The notes below the pieces were generated by a model. It did not search any database. It had not been told where the DNA came from and saw only the letters and a list, made by a program, of their open reading frames with translations. A stretch of 64,000 bases of DNA from NCBI GenBank assembly GCA_964532415.1, contig CAZHHN010000003.1, positions 3,777 to 67,776 on the forward strand. The letters run 5' to 3'. Position numbers and translations under genes: made by a program. This stretch comes from an uncultured Gammaproteobacteria bacterium. Lineage in GTDB: Bacteria > Patescibacteriota > Patescibacteriia > SG8-24 > DYFX01. Of the stretch, positions 28,801 through 36,451 are shown one piece after another (position 1 is the stretch's first letter; each line of letters starts with the position of its first letter).

Positions 28801-29184
28801 GCAATCGCTCGTATTGGCACAGGTGGCGGAATCGCCTCCGGCGGCAAGTGCGTAGTTACGGCCATCGAAGTGGAATGCTTGGATGGCCTTGCCGGCGACG
28901 TAATCGCCGCCGTCATAGACCAGGTCCATCGATCCACTCGAGTGCCCGGGGAAACCGTCGCCGGTCCACCAGACCTTGGTACCGAGCGGCACCGTCGCGC
29001 AGGAACCGGCCAAGTATGTATTGGTGATGCCGGGCGCCGGAGCGGTGCCGACGGAAGCGTCCGGGGCTTCGGCCGATCCGGGCCCGACGTCTCCCGCACA
29101 GGCCATGGCGCCCAAGGCGAAGGCGAAAGCCATCGCCGTCAGGCATGGACGTAATAATCGCTTGCAGTTTCGCAGATGTAACAC
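25819..29184 (-). CDS. Large lipoprotein/adhesin with LamG-like domains, a myxobacterial Cys-rich repeat and thrombospondin type 3-like repeats
   Basis: AAGGAG + GTG; GAMAC lipobox; W.HV LamG motifs; CGDG...EECDDGN..DGDGC; DxDGDG repeats. Confidence 0.82.
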   Translation of the reverse strand: MLHLRNCKRLLRPCLTAMAFAFALGAMACAGDVGPGSAEAPDASVGTAPAPGITNTYLAGSCATVPLGTKVWWTGDGFPGHSSGSMDLVYDGGDYVAGKAIQAFHFDGRNYALAAGGDSATCANTSDCSLMAWVRRMPGGTGDQSIMEFHGANRHFEFYVNAAGHLVYRVNSVPVVTVEGATNVADGAWHFVVLNLPNKLGMVNGNAAGPVDVYVDNAVDAHADLVEYQSNTQASDVDSLACNRRSSPGIDIDEPTVGRALTVAKIDDIWTSAEHGMCRLSTMNQCGDGVVTATSIGASEECDDGNLVDGDGCNSVCQIERPGIDGLVNRWRLDEASSGNTTNVLHDRDTPTGSSLGPNGAALPGSPWGPGSPGFTGAAGSMVSGSPTWTTVVGPPGIPDRRENHVGQGAFSIAFRANVGTSNGRDWFSKTGLLPLGNSIKISLGASGTDIGFLAGLAGTDEVHATVPTLVGAGWKHVAAVREADGTLRLYLDCVQVASLVHVAANVTNLNGMVFTTGPASQLQDMSFFRVALTPAQVCLVKDGLYTADSDGDGVRDGVDACPLDPAKSVSAGQCGCGVSDVDTDADGTADCNDECDTDPGKTVPGVCGCDVSDADGDGDGTPDCHDACATDPNKTAPGQCGCGVADTDTDGDGTADCHDACASDPNKTAPGTCGCGVADTDTDGDGFPNCIDACPIDPAKTVPGQCGCGVSDVDTDGDGTADCHDTCPLDPFKIAPGVCGCGTADLDGDGDGFPDCIDACPADPAKTVPGQCGCGVADTDSDNDGTPNCHDACPVDPNKTAPGQCGCGVADTDTDGDGTADCHDACASDPNKTAPGTCGCGVADTDGDGDGVPNCVDNCPTVPNPGQQDSNGNGIGDACEVVTLPAAEAAYAFDAGSGSVAADSTCHHNGTINGAQWVTSSPAGSSFGKALRFRDGKKDSVQSNTFPTSTNRSKLTLSAWTNATTNPAGGEDGVIAARATSTKGWRIKTSPDVGHDPTQPHYACELLLGNSGTIQINSVAIRHLGESHHVTCVYDGTSVPRRLDIYVDGLLSNGTMTGETTVIPASFAEPAAGTAFNIGRDSSGFMFWGLIDNVRVYYAALTGNQVSVDMTTPIGPPACP
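26543..27540 (-). repeat. Intragenic tandem repeats of about 99 bp (33 aa), nine CGC units plus a terminal TSP3 unit
   Basis: Unit VADTDTDGDGTADCHDACASDPNKTAPGTCGCG; units 4 and 9 are near-identical in DNA, 495 bp apart. Confidence 0.9.
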
Positions 29185-29372
29185 GAGAATCTCCTTTTTC
29201 TTGCGACGTTCCTGGGGAATACGACGAGAGATAAGCCAGACGATGTCAATGTACGGTGCAGCTTTGCCAGAAGGGTGTTTCGCACCCTTATTGCCTCCTG
29301 GCGACATGAAGTCCCGCGAACCTGAAGCCCGCGGGACGTTCAAAAAATACGCTGATTCGGACGGCGCGTCAA
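29185..29372 (-). promoter_or_regulatory. Promoter plus structured 5' leader
   Basis: TTGACG-17 nt-TATTTT; hairpins GTCCCGCG/CGCGGGAC and AAGGGTG-CGAAA-CACCCTT. Confidence 0.55.
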
Positions 29373-29391
29373 GCGGTCGTGGATGGGTCGC

Positions 29392-29664
29392 TCAAACTGT
29401 TTTGGTGGCCGTGCCGATGCTGTCCGAAACGGTGATCGAGACGGTCGAATCGGGCTTCACGTCCACGCGCGCATAGATGTCCCACGGATAGAAGGTGAAA
29501 GTCTTCGATCCGGTGAACGAACCCGACCAGTAGGGCGGAATGGCGACGCCATACCGGCGATATTTGATCCGGACGGACGGGTTCGCGGCGGTCAATGTCA
29601 TCGTCCAGCTGACGCCGATCGCGACACGCCAATAGGCGTTGGTCCACGTTCCTCCTGCGGCCAT
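29392..29664 (-). CDS. Small Trp/Tyr-rich beta hypothetical protein
   Basis: 90-aa ORF with coding-like codon use. Confidence 0.55.
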   Translation of the reverse strand: MAAGGTWTNAYWRVAIGVSWTMTLTAANPSVRIKYRRYGVAIPPYWSGSFTGSKTFTFYPWDIYARVDVKPDSTVSITVSDSIGTATKTV

Positions 29665-29703
29665 ACAGAAGCTTGCGTGAGTCAATTCAGGGAGCCTCGA
29701 AGT

Positions 29704-30558
29704 TCAACCGGCAATCTCAGAGGGAGCGGGTTGCCACCAAGGCAACGAATTCCCGCTCGACAAAGCGACGACTTCCTGCGGGCTCTTCGGCAAAAACCAA
29801 TCCCGCAACTTCAGAGGGCGTCCGATCACGACCAAGAGGGCGAGCGGAGCGGCGATGTTGCCGAATCGCTCCACGAACTCCCAGACCGGCTCACTGACCA
29901 ACAGGCGGGCGAACGGATCGAAACACAGGAAAATAAGCGCGAGCAGGACCGGACCCCGGGCCGGCCGGAGCAGAATGATGGCTCCGAGCGCCATTTCAAT
30001 CCAGCCGAAGGTCTTGATCATATGATAGGCATCGACGAAGGCATGGTCGAAGCCGTAGGCGGCCATGTAGGTGTACCACAGCTTTTTGGCAACGATGGCA
30101 CCATAGGCCCCGTGCCCGAGAAAATGGACGGCGGTTCCGAGCACCAGGCACCAGGAAATGAAGCGCAATCTCTTTGACTTATCGATCGCCGTTTTCAGAT
30201 AGAAGGGGCTCGGGAATTGCATGAACAGGAACGCCAACGGGACGATCCAGTTCGGAAACCGCTCGAAGAATTCGGCCCAGCCCTCGCCGGCGAGCGGACG
30301 AAGCAAGGCGGTCCAAAACCCCCAGCTGACCATGTAATACAAGGCGGGCCGCGAAGGCCTGAGAAGGATGGAGATGGCGATGCTGACATCGAAAATGCCG
30401 ATGGCACGCATGAGCGGCCAGGCAATGGCCGGCGTGATGCCGACGGCCGCAAAATACGGAAGCCAGCCGACTTTTCCTCCGATCACCCCGAACATGCCGT
30501 GCCCGATGAAGATACCCGCGGTCCCGATCCGAAGGATCCAATGAAGGGTTTTGTGCAT
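29704..30558 (-). CDS. Membrane protein with a duplicated DoxX-like domain
   Basis: Two repeats of F.GHG..G...W.EF.ERF.N...PLA. Confidence 0.78.
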   Translation of the reverse strand: MHKTLHWILRIGTAGIFIGHGMFGVIGGKVGWLPYFAAVGITPAIAWPLMRAIGIFDVSIAISILLRPSRPALYYMVSWGFWTALLRPLAGEGWAEFFERFPNWIVPLAFLFMQFPSPFYLKTAIDKSKRLRFISWCLVLGTAVHFLGHGAYGAIVAKKLWYTYMAAYGFDHAFVDAYHMIKTFGWIEMALGAIILLRPARGPVLLALIFLCFDPFARLLVSEPVWEFVERFGNIAAPLALLVVIGRPLKLRDWFLPKSPQEVVALSSGNSLPWWQPAPSEIAG

Positions 30559-30650
30559 AGTATCTTCATGATACTACATACGCGCGCAAATGCATAAAGA
30601 CGCCCGGATCGGGTTAATCTTACAATATTCCCTGGTCACAAACCGCGTCT

Positions 30651-30689
30651 ATGGAAAATCCCCCAGCGCAAGGCTGGAGGATTTTCCAT
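30651..30689 (-). terminator. Terminator downstream of att-like copy 1
   Basis: ATGGAAAATCC.CCAGC-GCAAG-GCTGG.GGATTTTCCAT. Confidence 0.75.
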
Positions 30690-30761
30690 GGCGGCCCTTG
30701 GCGTACGAACTTCGAACCTTCTTTACGGCCAATAGAGTCTTTGTACCGGCCTTTGCCTAGC
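30687..30761 (+). repeat. 75-bp direct repeat, copy 1 (att-like, tRNA-Asp 3'-end mimic)
   Basis: 69/75 identical to 35031-35105; TGGCGG...TTCGAACC; encodes WRPLAYELRTFFTANRVFVPAFA*. Confidence 0.9.
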
Positions 30762-30772
30762 CGTTTATGGCG

Positions 30773-31162
30773 TTATCCCTGTACGTCTAAGGCAAACCGA
30801 TACATCCCCATCCCGCAGGTTCCTTGGAGTGACCCCTCTTGGAGTGTCCCGAGCGCGATATCAGTCGTGCCGGTGGGCGGAAGCATCTTGTCCACACCGA
30901 GGCTCGGAATGCGGACTTGCGACGAGCAGTCATACGTGGCATTCGTCTCGAACCTCAAGACGGTCGGCATGCCCGCTTTCACCGTGCTCGTTCCCGGCTG
31001 GTAGCCGCCTTTCACCTTGATGCGCACGATCTGTGTTGCATCGACGACCGACACGTTCGTTCCGGTCGGTGCAGTGACGGCGGGCTGGGACGGTCCGCCA
31101 CGGAAAAGGACGAAAGCGCCAATGACGATGACTGCCGCAGCGAGAATCGTAGTTGGTTTCAT
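30773..31162 (-). CDS. Cupredoxin-domain protein
   Basis: N-terminal TM; GGYQP, YDCSS, TCGMGMY. Confidence 0.88.
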   Translation of the reverse strand: MKPTTILAAAVIVIGAFVLFRGGPSQPAVTAPTGTNVSVVDATQIVRIKVKGGYQPGTSTVKAGMPTVLRFETNATYDCSSQVRIPSLGVDKMLPPTGTTDIALGTLQEGSLQGTCGMGMYRFALDVQG

Positions 31163-31166
31163 GGGG

Positions 31167-32189
31167 TTAGATGTTGAAGAAGGGAGGGATGTAACCGGCC
31201 GCGACGAGGGCGTTCAGGATAGTGAACAGGGCGAATAGGATCACGATGATTCCGGCCGTCTTGAAGAAGACGCCCTTGTTGCGGCTTTTCTCGACGCTGA
31301 ACGAGCTGAAGCTGATGAGCGCGAGGACCGGGAACGTCCCAAGCGCGAACGCCAGCATCGTCAGGCCGCCTTTCAGAAAGCTGCCGGTCGTGAGGGCATA
31401 GAGCTGCATCGACTGCGTGAAACCGCACGGCAGGAAGAACGTGGCGACGCCGACCAAGAGCGGCGTGAGCGTGTGGTTGAGCTTCGAGATGCCGAACGCA
31501 TGCTTGGAGAAAGCCCTGGGCATCGCGGGCTGGAACCTCTTGGTCCAATCGAAGACGTCCAGCAGATTGATGCCGAGGATGAACATGACGATGCCGACGA
31601 TGACGCCCAAGACGAGAGTGGCGGAAGCGTTCAGCCGGAACGCCGAGCCCGCCACGCCGATTGCTCCCCCGAGCACGAAGAACGAGACGATCCGCCCGGC
31701 GTGGAACATCATCTGCGGCCTCGTCCTGTCGCCTTCCTTGGCGAAGGTAGCCGACATCGAGAGCACCAATCCGCCCACGACCGCCAGGCAGGTGGACAGC
31801 GAGGCGACGGCGCCGATCACGAAGGCGGTGCCATACGTAACATTGCTGCCCGTAATGAGGTTGACCAAGCCCGCCTTTTGGAGGGCGAGGAACCCGATCA
31901 TGATCGCCGCCGCGATCGGAAGTGCGTACTGGAACTCTCTCCAGTTCTTTTTCCGCAGCGGCTTGTCGACCGAGAGCGTGTAGCTGTATTTTTCAAGGAT
32001 GGCAGTCAGGTCGCCCGCAATCGCCACGGTTTCTTTGCCTCCAAAATCCCCGGTCACTTCGACGGTATGCGTCTTCAGGCTCGATTTCGCCCGGATAATA
32101 TACGGCACGTCCTGCAATTCGCTCTCGGTCATAAGAATGCAGGCGTCGCAGTGCATCCCCGTAATGTGGAAGAGAAGTGTCTTTTCCAT
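31167..32189 (-). CDS. HMA + DsbD_2/TauE-like membrane protein
   Basis: GMHCDAC; STCLAVVGG; FFLPCGFTQSMQ; FALGT. Confidence 0.88.
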   Translation of the reverse strand: MEKTLLFHITGMHCDACILMTESELQDVPYIIRAKSSLKTHTVEVTGDFGGKETVAIAGDLTAILEKYSYTLSVDKPLRKKNWREFQYALPIAAAIMIGFLALQKAGLVNLITGSNVTYGTAFVIGAVASLSTCLAVVGGLVLSMSATFAKEGDRTRPQMMFHAGRIVSFFVLGGAIGVAGSAFRLNASATLVLGVIVGIVMFILGINLLDVFDWTKRFQPAMPRAFSKHAFGISKLNHTLTPLLVGVATFFLPCGFTQSMQLYALTTGSFLKGGLTMLAFALGTFPVLALISFSSFSVEKSRNKGVFFKTAGIIVILFALFTILNALVAAGYIPPFFNI

Positions 32190-32192
32190 ACG

Positions 32193-34460
32193 TCATAGCT
32201 TCTTCGTCTTCAGCCGGAGCGAATTGCCGACGACCGAAAAACTGGAGAAAGCCATCGCCAGCCCCGCGAAGACAGGGCTCAGCAGCCAGCCGAAGATCGG
32301 ATAGAACAGCCCGGCCGCGAGCGGGATACCCACCGTGTTATAGATGAAGGCCCAGAACAGGTTTTGCCTGATCCCGCGCATGGTCATCTTCGAGAGCCGG
32401 ATCGCTTTCACGAGGCGGGAGATGTCGCCGTGGAGCAGCGTGATCCCGGCCGATTCGATGGCGACGTCCGTGCCGGTCGCCATGGCGATGCCGACGTCTG
32501 CTTTGGCGAGCGCCGGAGCGTCGTTCACACCGTCTCCGGCCATGGCGACGACGCGACCGTCCGACTGCAAGCTCTTGATCTTGTCGAGCTTGCCCTCGGG
32601 CAGGACTTCCGCGACGATCTCGTCCACGCCCGCCTGTCTGCCGATGAACTCGGCCGTGTTTCTGTCGTCGCCGGTCAGCATGACGACCTTGATGCCAAGC
32701 GCGTGGAGGCTTGAGACGGCTTCCGCCGCCCCTTCCCGCAGCGCATCAGCAACCATGACGACCGCCAGTACGCCCCGCGCTGTCGCAAGCAGCACCGGCG
32801 TCTTACCTTCCGAGGTTTCTGCTTGAAGGCAGGCGGCGTCGAATCGCAGCTTGAGCGCTGTAATGAGCTTAGCATTGCCTGCGTAGTATTCAGTGCCGTT
32901 CACGGTTCCTTTCACGCCTTGACCCTTGATCGCCTCGAAACTATCGACGGGCAGAAGAGCAATCTTCTTGCCTTCGGCATACGCCTCGATCGCGTGCGCG
33001 ATGGGATGTTCCGATTTCTTCTCCAACGAGGCCAGAATCGCAACGAGCTCCCGCTCGTCCGTATCGACGAAGCGGCGAAGAGAGACGAGTTCCGGCTTGC
33101 CCTTGGTCAGGGTGCCCGTCTTGTCGATTACGACCGTATCGACCTCGTGCAGCCGTTCGAGCGTCGCCGCATCTTTAATAAGGATGCCTTCCTTCGCGCC
33201 CTTGCCGACGCCCACAATGATGGCCGTCGGCGTAGCGAGGCCGAGCGCGCACGGGCAGGCGATAACGAGCACGCCCACGAAGGAGACGAGGCCGTTCGAA
33301 AGCGCCTGCGAGAAGCCGAGGGGCTGCGTGCCGAAAACGAGCCAAGCGGCCAAGGTCACGAATGCCACGACAAGGACGCCCGGCACGAAAACGGCCGAAA
33401 TCCTGTCCGCAAGGGCCTGGATCGGCGCGCGGCTCCCTTGGGCTTCCTCCACCATCTTGATGATGCGCGAAAGCATCGTTTCCGCCCCGACTTTGGTTGC
33501 CTTGAACGTGAAGGAGCCGGTCGTATTCATGGTTCCCGAAACGACCGCATCTCCGGCCGATTTCTTCACGGGCATCGGCTCCCCTGTGACGACGGCCTCA
33601 TCCACGTAGGACGATCCTTCAACGACGGTGCCGTCGACGGGAAGGCGTCCTGCAGGTTTCACGACGATCAGATCGCCGTGCACGACCCGATCAACAGACA
33701 GTTCCTGCTCCTTGCCGTCACGGACGACGAGCGCGGTCTTCACCTGGAGGTTCAGCAGCTTCTCAATGGCGTCGCCGGTCCTGAGCTTCGAGCGGGCTTC
33801 AAGATACTTGCCGAGCGCGATGAAGGTGATGACGACGATCGTGACGTCGTAGTAGGTGTGCTCGACGTTCATGAAGGGCTTGAGCACATCCTCGAACGCC
33901 GACACGGCGAAACTGTAGAGATACGCAGCCGCGGTGCCGAGGCCGATCAGCGTATCCATGTTCGCCTTGCCATAGCGCAGGAAGCGGTACAGGCCGAGCA
34001 GATACGGTTTGCCGACGACGAAGAGGGTGTAGGTCGCCATCAGCGGGAGCAGGTGGTGAGAGAACTCGTCCCAAAGATACGGAATCGCCGGGACAGCGCC
34101 GAGCTGCGTGGCGATCTCCCAGCCCATGACGAAAACACTGAACGCGGCGAGCGGGATGATTGAAAGCACCTGGCCCCGCATTTCGGCGATCTCCGCGAGC
34201 TTCTCGTTTTTTGACTGGTTCGTACCTGCGTGTCTGGAGTGGTCCTCCGGCATCATCAATTTGTATCCGAGATGTTCGATGTGTTTCGAAAGCTGTTCCG
34301 GGCTGGTTTTCGAGGCGTCGAAAGCGAGCTTGGCGGTCTCGGTACCATAGTTCACCTCGGCCGAGACGACGCCTACCGTTTTCTTGAGCGTCTTTTCGAT
34401 GATGCCCGCGCAGGAAGCGCAGTGCATACCCTTGATCTTGTAGATTGTTGTTCCATCCAT
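32193..34460 (-). CDS. copA: Cu(I)-translocating P1B-type ATPase
   Basis: GMHCASC, TGEP, CPCALGLATP, DKTGT, SEHP, GDGVNDAPAL, YN and MAFSS. Confidence 0.94.
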   Translation of the reverse strand: MDGTTIYKIKGMHCASCAGIIEKTLKKTVGVVSAEVNYGTETAKLAFDASKTSPEQLSKHIEHLGYKLMMPEDHSRHAGTNQSKNEKLAEIAEMRGQVLSIIPLAAFSVFVMGWEIATQLGAVPAIPYLWDEFSHHLLPLMATYTLFVVGKPYLLGLYRFLRYGKANMDTLIGLGTAAAYLYSFAVSAFEDVLKPFMNVEHTYYDVTIVVITFIALGKYLEARSKLRTGDAIEKLLNLQVKTALVVRDGKEQELSVDRVVHGDLIVVKPAGRLPVDGTVVEGSSYVDEAVVTGEPMPVKKSAGDAVVSGTMNTTGSFTFKATKVGAETMLSRIIKMVEEAQGSRAPIQALADRISAVFVPGVLVVAFVTLAAWLVFGTQPLGFSQALSNGLVSFVGVLVIACPCALGLATPTAIIVGVGKGAKEGILIKDAATLERLHEVDTVVIDKTGTLTKGKPELVSLRRFVDTDERELVAILASLEKKSEHPIAHAIEAYAEGKKIALLPVDSFEAIKGQGVKGTVNGTEYYAGNAKLITALKLRFDAACLQAETSEGKTPVLLATARGVLAVVMVADALREGAAEAVSSLHALGIKVVMLTGDDRNTAEFIGRQAGVDEIVAEVLPEGKLDKIKSLQSDGRVVAMAGDGVNDAPALAKADVGIAMATGTDVAIESAGITLLHGDISRLVKAIRLSKMTMRGIRQNLFWAFIYNTVGIPLAAGLFYPIFGWLLSPVFAGLAMAFSSFSVVGNSLRLKTKKL

Positions 34461-34476
34461 ATGTTCAGGTAAATGA

Positions 34477-34510
34477 AAACCAAGCGGGGGCCAAAGCCGA
34501 CGCTTGGTTT
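34477..34510 (-). terminator. Hairpin with U-tract between the leader ORF and copA
   Basis: Minus strand AAACCAAGCG...CGCTTGGTTT-TCATTT, overlapping the stop of 34510-34884. Confidence 0.65.
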
Positions 34511-34884
34511 CAATTACGCAAGATGATGGTGGAGAGATTTTGATGCAAAAGGAGTTTTCCTATGCCCGAACGCCAGCGAGGATGAACGCGCTCAACGCGA
34601 CCGACTTCCGCAAGCCGCTCGTGGAGAAAGAGGATGAGCAGCGCCAACACGAAAACGGCGAAGGGAAAAAGCGGCGCGGGACTTGAGGCCGGGATAGCGG
34701 AGAGGCAGTGGCTCAGGCATTCCATGCCAGACATGTCGCCGGGCATCGAATCGCAGACGGAGCCGATGCAGGTGCCGTGATCCGTGGCCATTCCAGAACC
34801 CATGCCGAAAAATGCCAGTCCCGCGAACGTCGTGACGAAGAGGACAAGCGAGGCGATCAGGAATGAAAGGAGGGTGCGGCGCAT
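34510..34884 (-). CDS. Cys/Met/His-rich two-TM protein upstream of copA
   Basis: HGTCIGSVCDSMPGDMSGMECLSHC between two TM helices. Confidence 0.7.
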   Translation of the reverse strand: MRRTLLSFLIASLVLFVTTFAGLAFFGMGSGMATDHGTCIGSVCDSMPGDMSGMECLSHCLSAIPASSPAPLFPFAVFVLALLILFLHERLAEVGRVERVHPRWRSGIGKLLLHQNLSTIILRN

Positions 34885-35030
34885 ACCAATTAGAACGATA
34901 GCACCGAAGATGTCTCTTGGAAAGAGAGACCAGTATTTCTGCTGCTCCCTCTGTGCACGCTGGCCTCAATACTTCGGCGCCACAAGCGTGACCTGAATGC
35001 AAAACGCCCAGGACTTGCCTGAGCGTTCCA

Positions 35031-35105
35031 CATGGCGGCCCTTGGCTTATGAACTTCGAACCTTCTTTACGGCCAACAGGGTCTTTGTACCAACCTTTGC
35101 CTAGC
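35031..35105 (+). repeat. 75-bp direct repeat, copy 2
   Basis: Encodes WRPLAYELRTFFTANRVFVPTFA*; preceded by hairpin AACGCCCAGG/CCTGAGCGTT. Confidence 0.9.
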
Positions 35106-35174
35106 TCCGCCTCATACTTTGGCCATTCGGGTCTGCCGGTACGGAGTTGTAGCTGCAGGGCATTTGCGAGGATG

Positions 35175-36221
35175 TTAGAACTTGTGCGCTTCCAGCCATG
35201 CGAAAAGCTCAATCCAAACTTGGAGAAGCGCTGCCTTTTCTTTTTCTTCCCCCTTCTTCCATTCGCTCGCGCCCAAATCCAGCATGACGGTGTTCATCGC
35301 GAAGTTCAGCAGATTGAACCAATATTGCTGATCTTCGGAAGGATCACGACCAAGTACTCCCGTACTCCACAGATTTGTCCACTCTTCAATGCGCCGCACG
35401 ATGGAAGCCAGAGTAACATGCTCATCGCGGGTATGCATGATATCGACCCACATCGGAAAAGCGAGTTCATAGTGCCGTGGGCGATACGACCAATACAGAT
35501 TCGCAAGGAGGGTGAAGCCGTCGATTGTCTCGTCGTATTTGACGTCGAATCCCGAGAGATGCCCGTGGGTGAAGTGAATATCGCCTAGCTGGCATCGATC
35601 AAGAACGGCGAAGTAGCGTGACCGCAAATCCTCAACGATATACCTTTCGACATGTTGATTGGCTGACGCCGCGGCAATCTCCGAAAAGTGCGCGTGGGCT
35701 TCCCGATACCTTTCCTGCATTGTCCCCTTTGGCATCGGAAGCCACGGATCGGCCGGGAGCATGAGATCGAAGAACTCTTTGAGAAAATCGGCGTGACGTT
35801 CTTGCTCACGAGAAGTTGGTCGCTGACCCTCCCAGAGATTAGGAAGTCCTGACAGATCTTCAAAAATGATGAAACCGTACCCATCCTTTTCGTTCCATGC
35901 CTTGTCAATCAGCATTCCCGGCAGCCTAATACGCGCACTACGGTTGTGCTCGCTCACGTGTCGGATAATAAAACCTTCATCGAACGGCAACGGCCGAAGT
36001 TGAAGTTTTACCACCGCGCGAGTTTCGCCTTTCTGCGCTCGAACGATAAAACTCCCTACCTTTTGGCTGTCGTAATAGACGCCAGAAAAAAGACGGTTGT
36101 TGACGTCGGTTTTCCATCCATACTGCGATTCAATTTCGCTTAACGCGCGTGCCATCAACTCCTTGCCATCATTGGCAGAAAGCGCATTATCCGTAATTCT
36201 ATTGCCGTATTCCTTTGCCAT
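35175..36221 (-). CDS. Aminoglycoside-phosphotransferase-like fold protein with atypical catalytic motifs
   Basis: AVVKLQ, IIFEDL, FTHGHL, YELAF; visibly lower GC than the flanks. Confidence 0.62.
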   Translation of the reverse strand: MAKEYGNRITDNALSANDGKELMARALSEIESQYGWKTDVNNRLFSGVYYDSQKVGSFIVRAQKGETRAVVKLQLRPLPFDEGFIIRHVSEHNRSARIRLPGMLIDKAWNEKDGYGFIIFEDLSGLPNLWEGQRPTSREQERHADFLKEFFDLMLPADPWLPMPKGTMQERYREAHAHFSEIAAASANQHVERYIVEDLRSRYFAVLDRCQLGDIHFTHGHLSGFDVKYDETIDGFTLLANLYWSYRPRHYELAFPMWVDIMHTRDEHVTLASIVRRIEEWTNLWSTGVLGRDPSEDQQYWFNLLNFAMNTVMLDLGASEWKKGEEKEKAALLQVWIELFAWLEAHKF

Positions 36222-36281
36222 TTTTACATGGTGGCATAGTCCGCTTCCTTATGAAAGGACGGCGATTCCAAGCATCCCGAC

Positions 36282-36311
36282 AAAAACACCTCTCGTTTGA
36301 GAGGTGTTCTT
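36282..36311 (-). terminator. tRNA-Asp terminator
   Basis: AACACCTCTC-GTTT-GAGAGGTGTT. Confidence 0.85.
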
Positions 36312-36313
36312 GC

Positions 36314-36391
36314 TGGCGGGCCGGACGGGATTCGAACCCGCGATTTCCTCCGTGACAGGGAGGCGCGATAACCGGGCTTCGCTACCGGCCC
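36314..36391 (-). tRNA. tRNA-Asp(GTC)
   Basis: GGGCCGG acceptor stem, CCTCC-CTGTCAC-GGAGG anticodon arm, GGTTCGAATCC, encoded CCA. Confidence 0.97.
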
Positions 36392-36451
36392 AGATTGGAC
36401 TGCCCCAATGTAGCAGAAGAGCCCGGGCCTGGCAAGACCGGCCGGCCGGAT

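Larger units (their letters stand above)
30689..36313. mobile_element. Two tandem integrase-less cassettes at the tRNA-Asp 3' end (copper cassette 30689-35032; kinase-like cassette 35033-36313)
   Basis: Terminator + att-like unit repeated three times, the third being the tRNA itself. Confidence 0.72.

Noticed and set aside
30687-30761. Repeat as an intact tRNA or structured ncRNA on the minus strand
   Set aside because: It has GGTTCGAA and CCA plus a weak G-U-rich hairpin but no cloverleaf; the synonymous substitution pattern and +5 offset fit an att/coding remnant better
30761-36313. Integrase, transposase or reverse-transcriptase gene in the cassettes or window
   Set aside because: No serine/tyrosine recombinase, DDE or RT motifs were recognised in any listed ORF, so no autonomous element, DGR or retron is called
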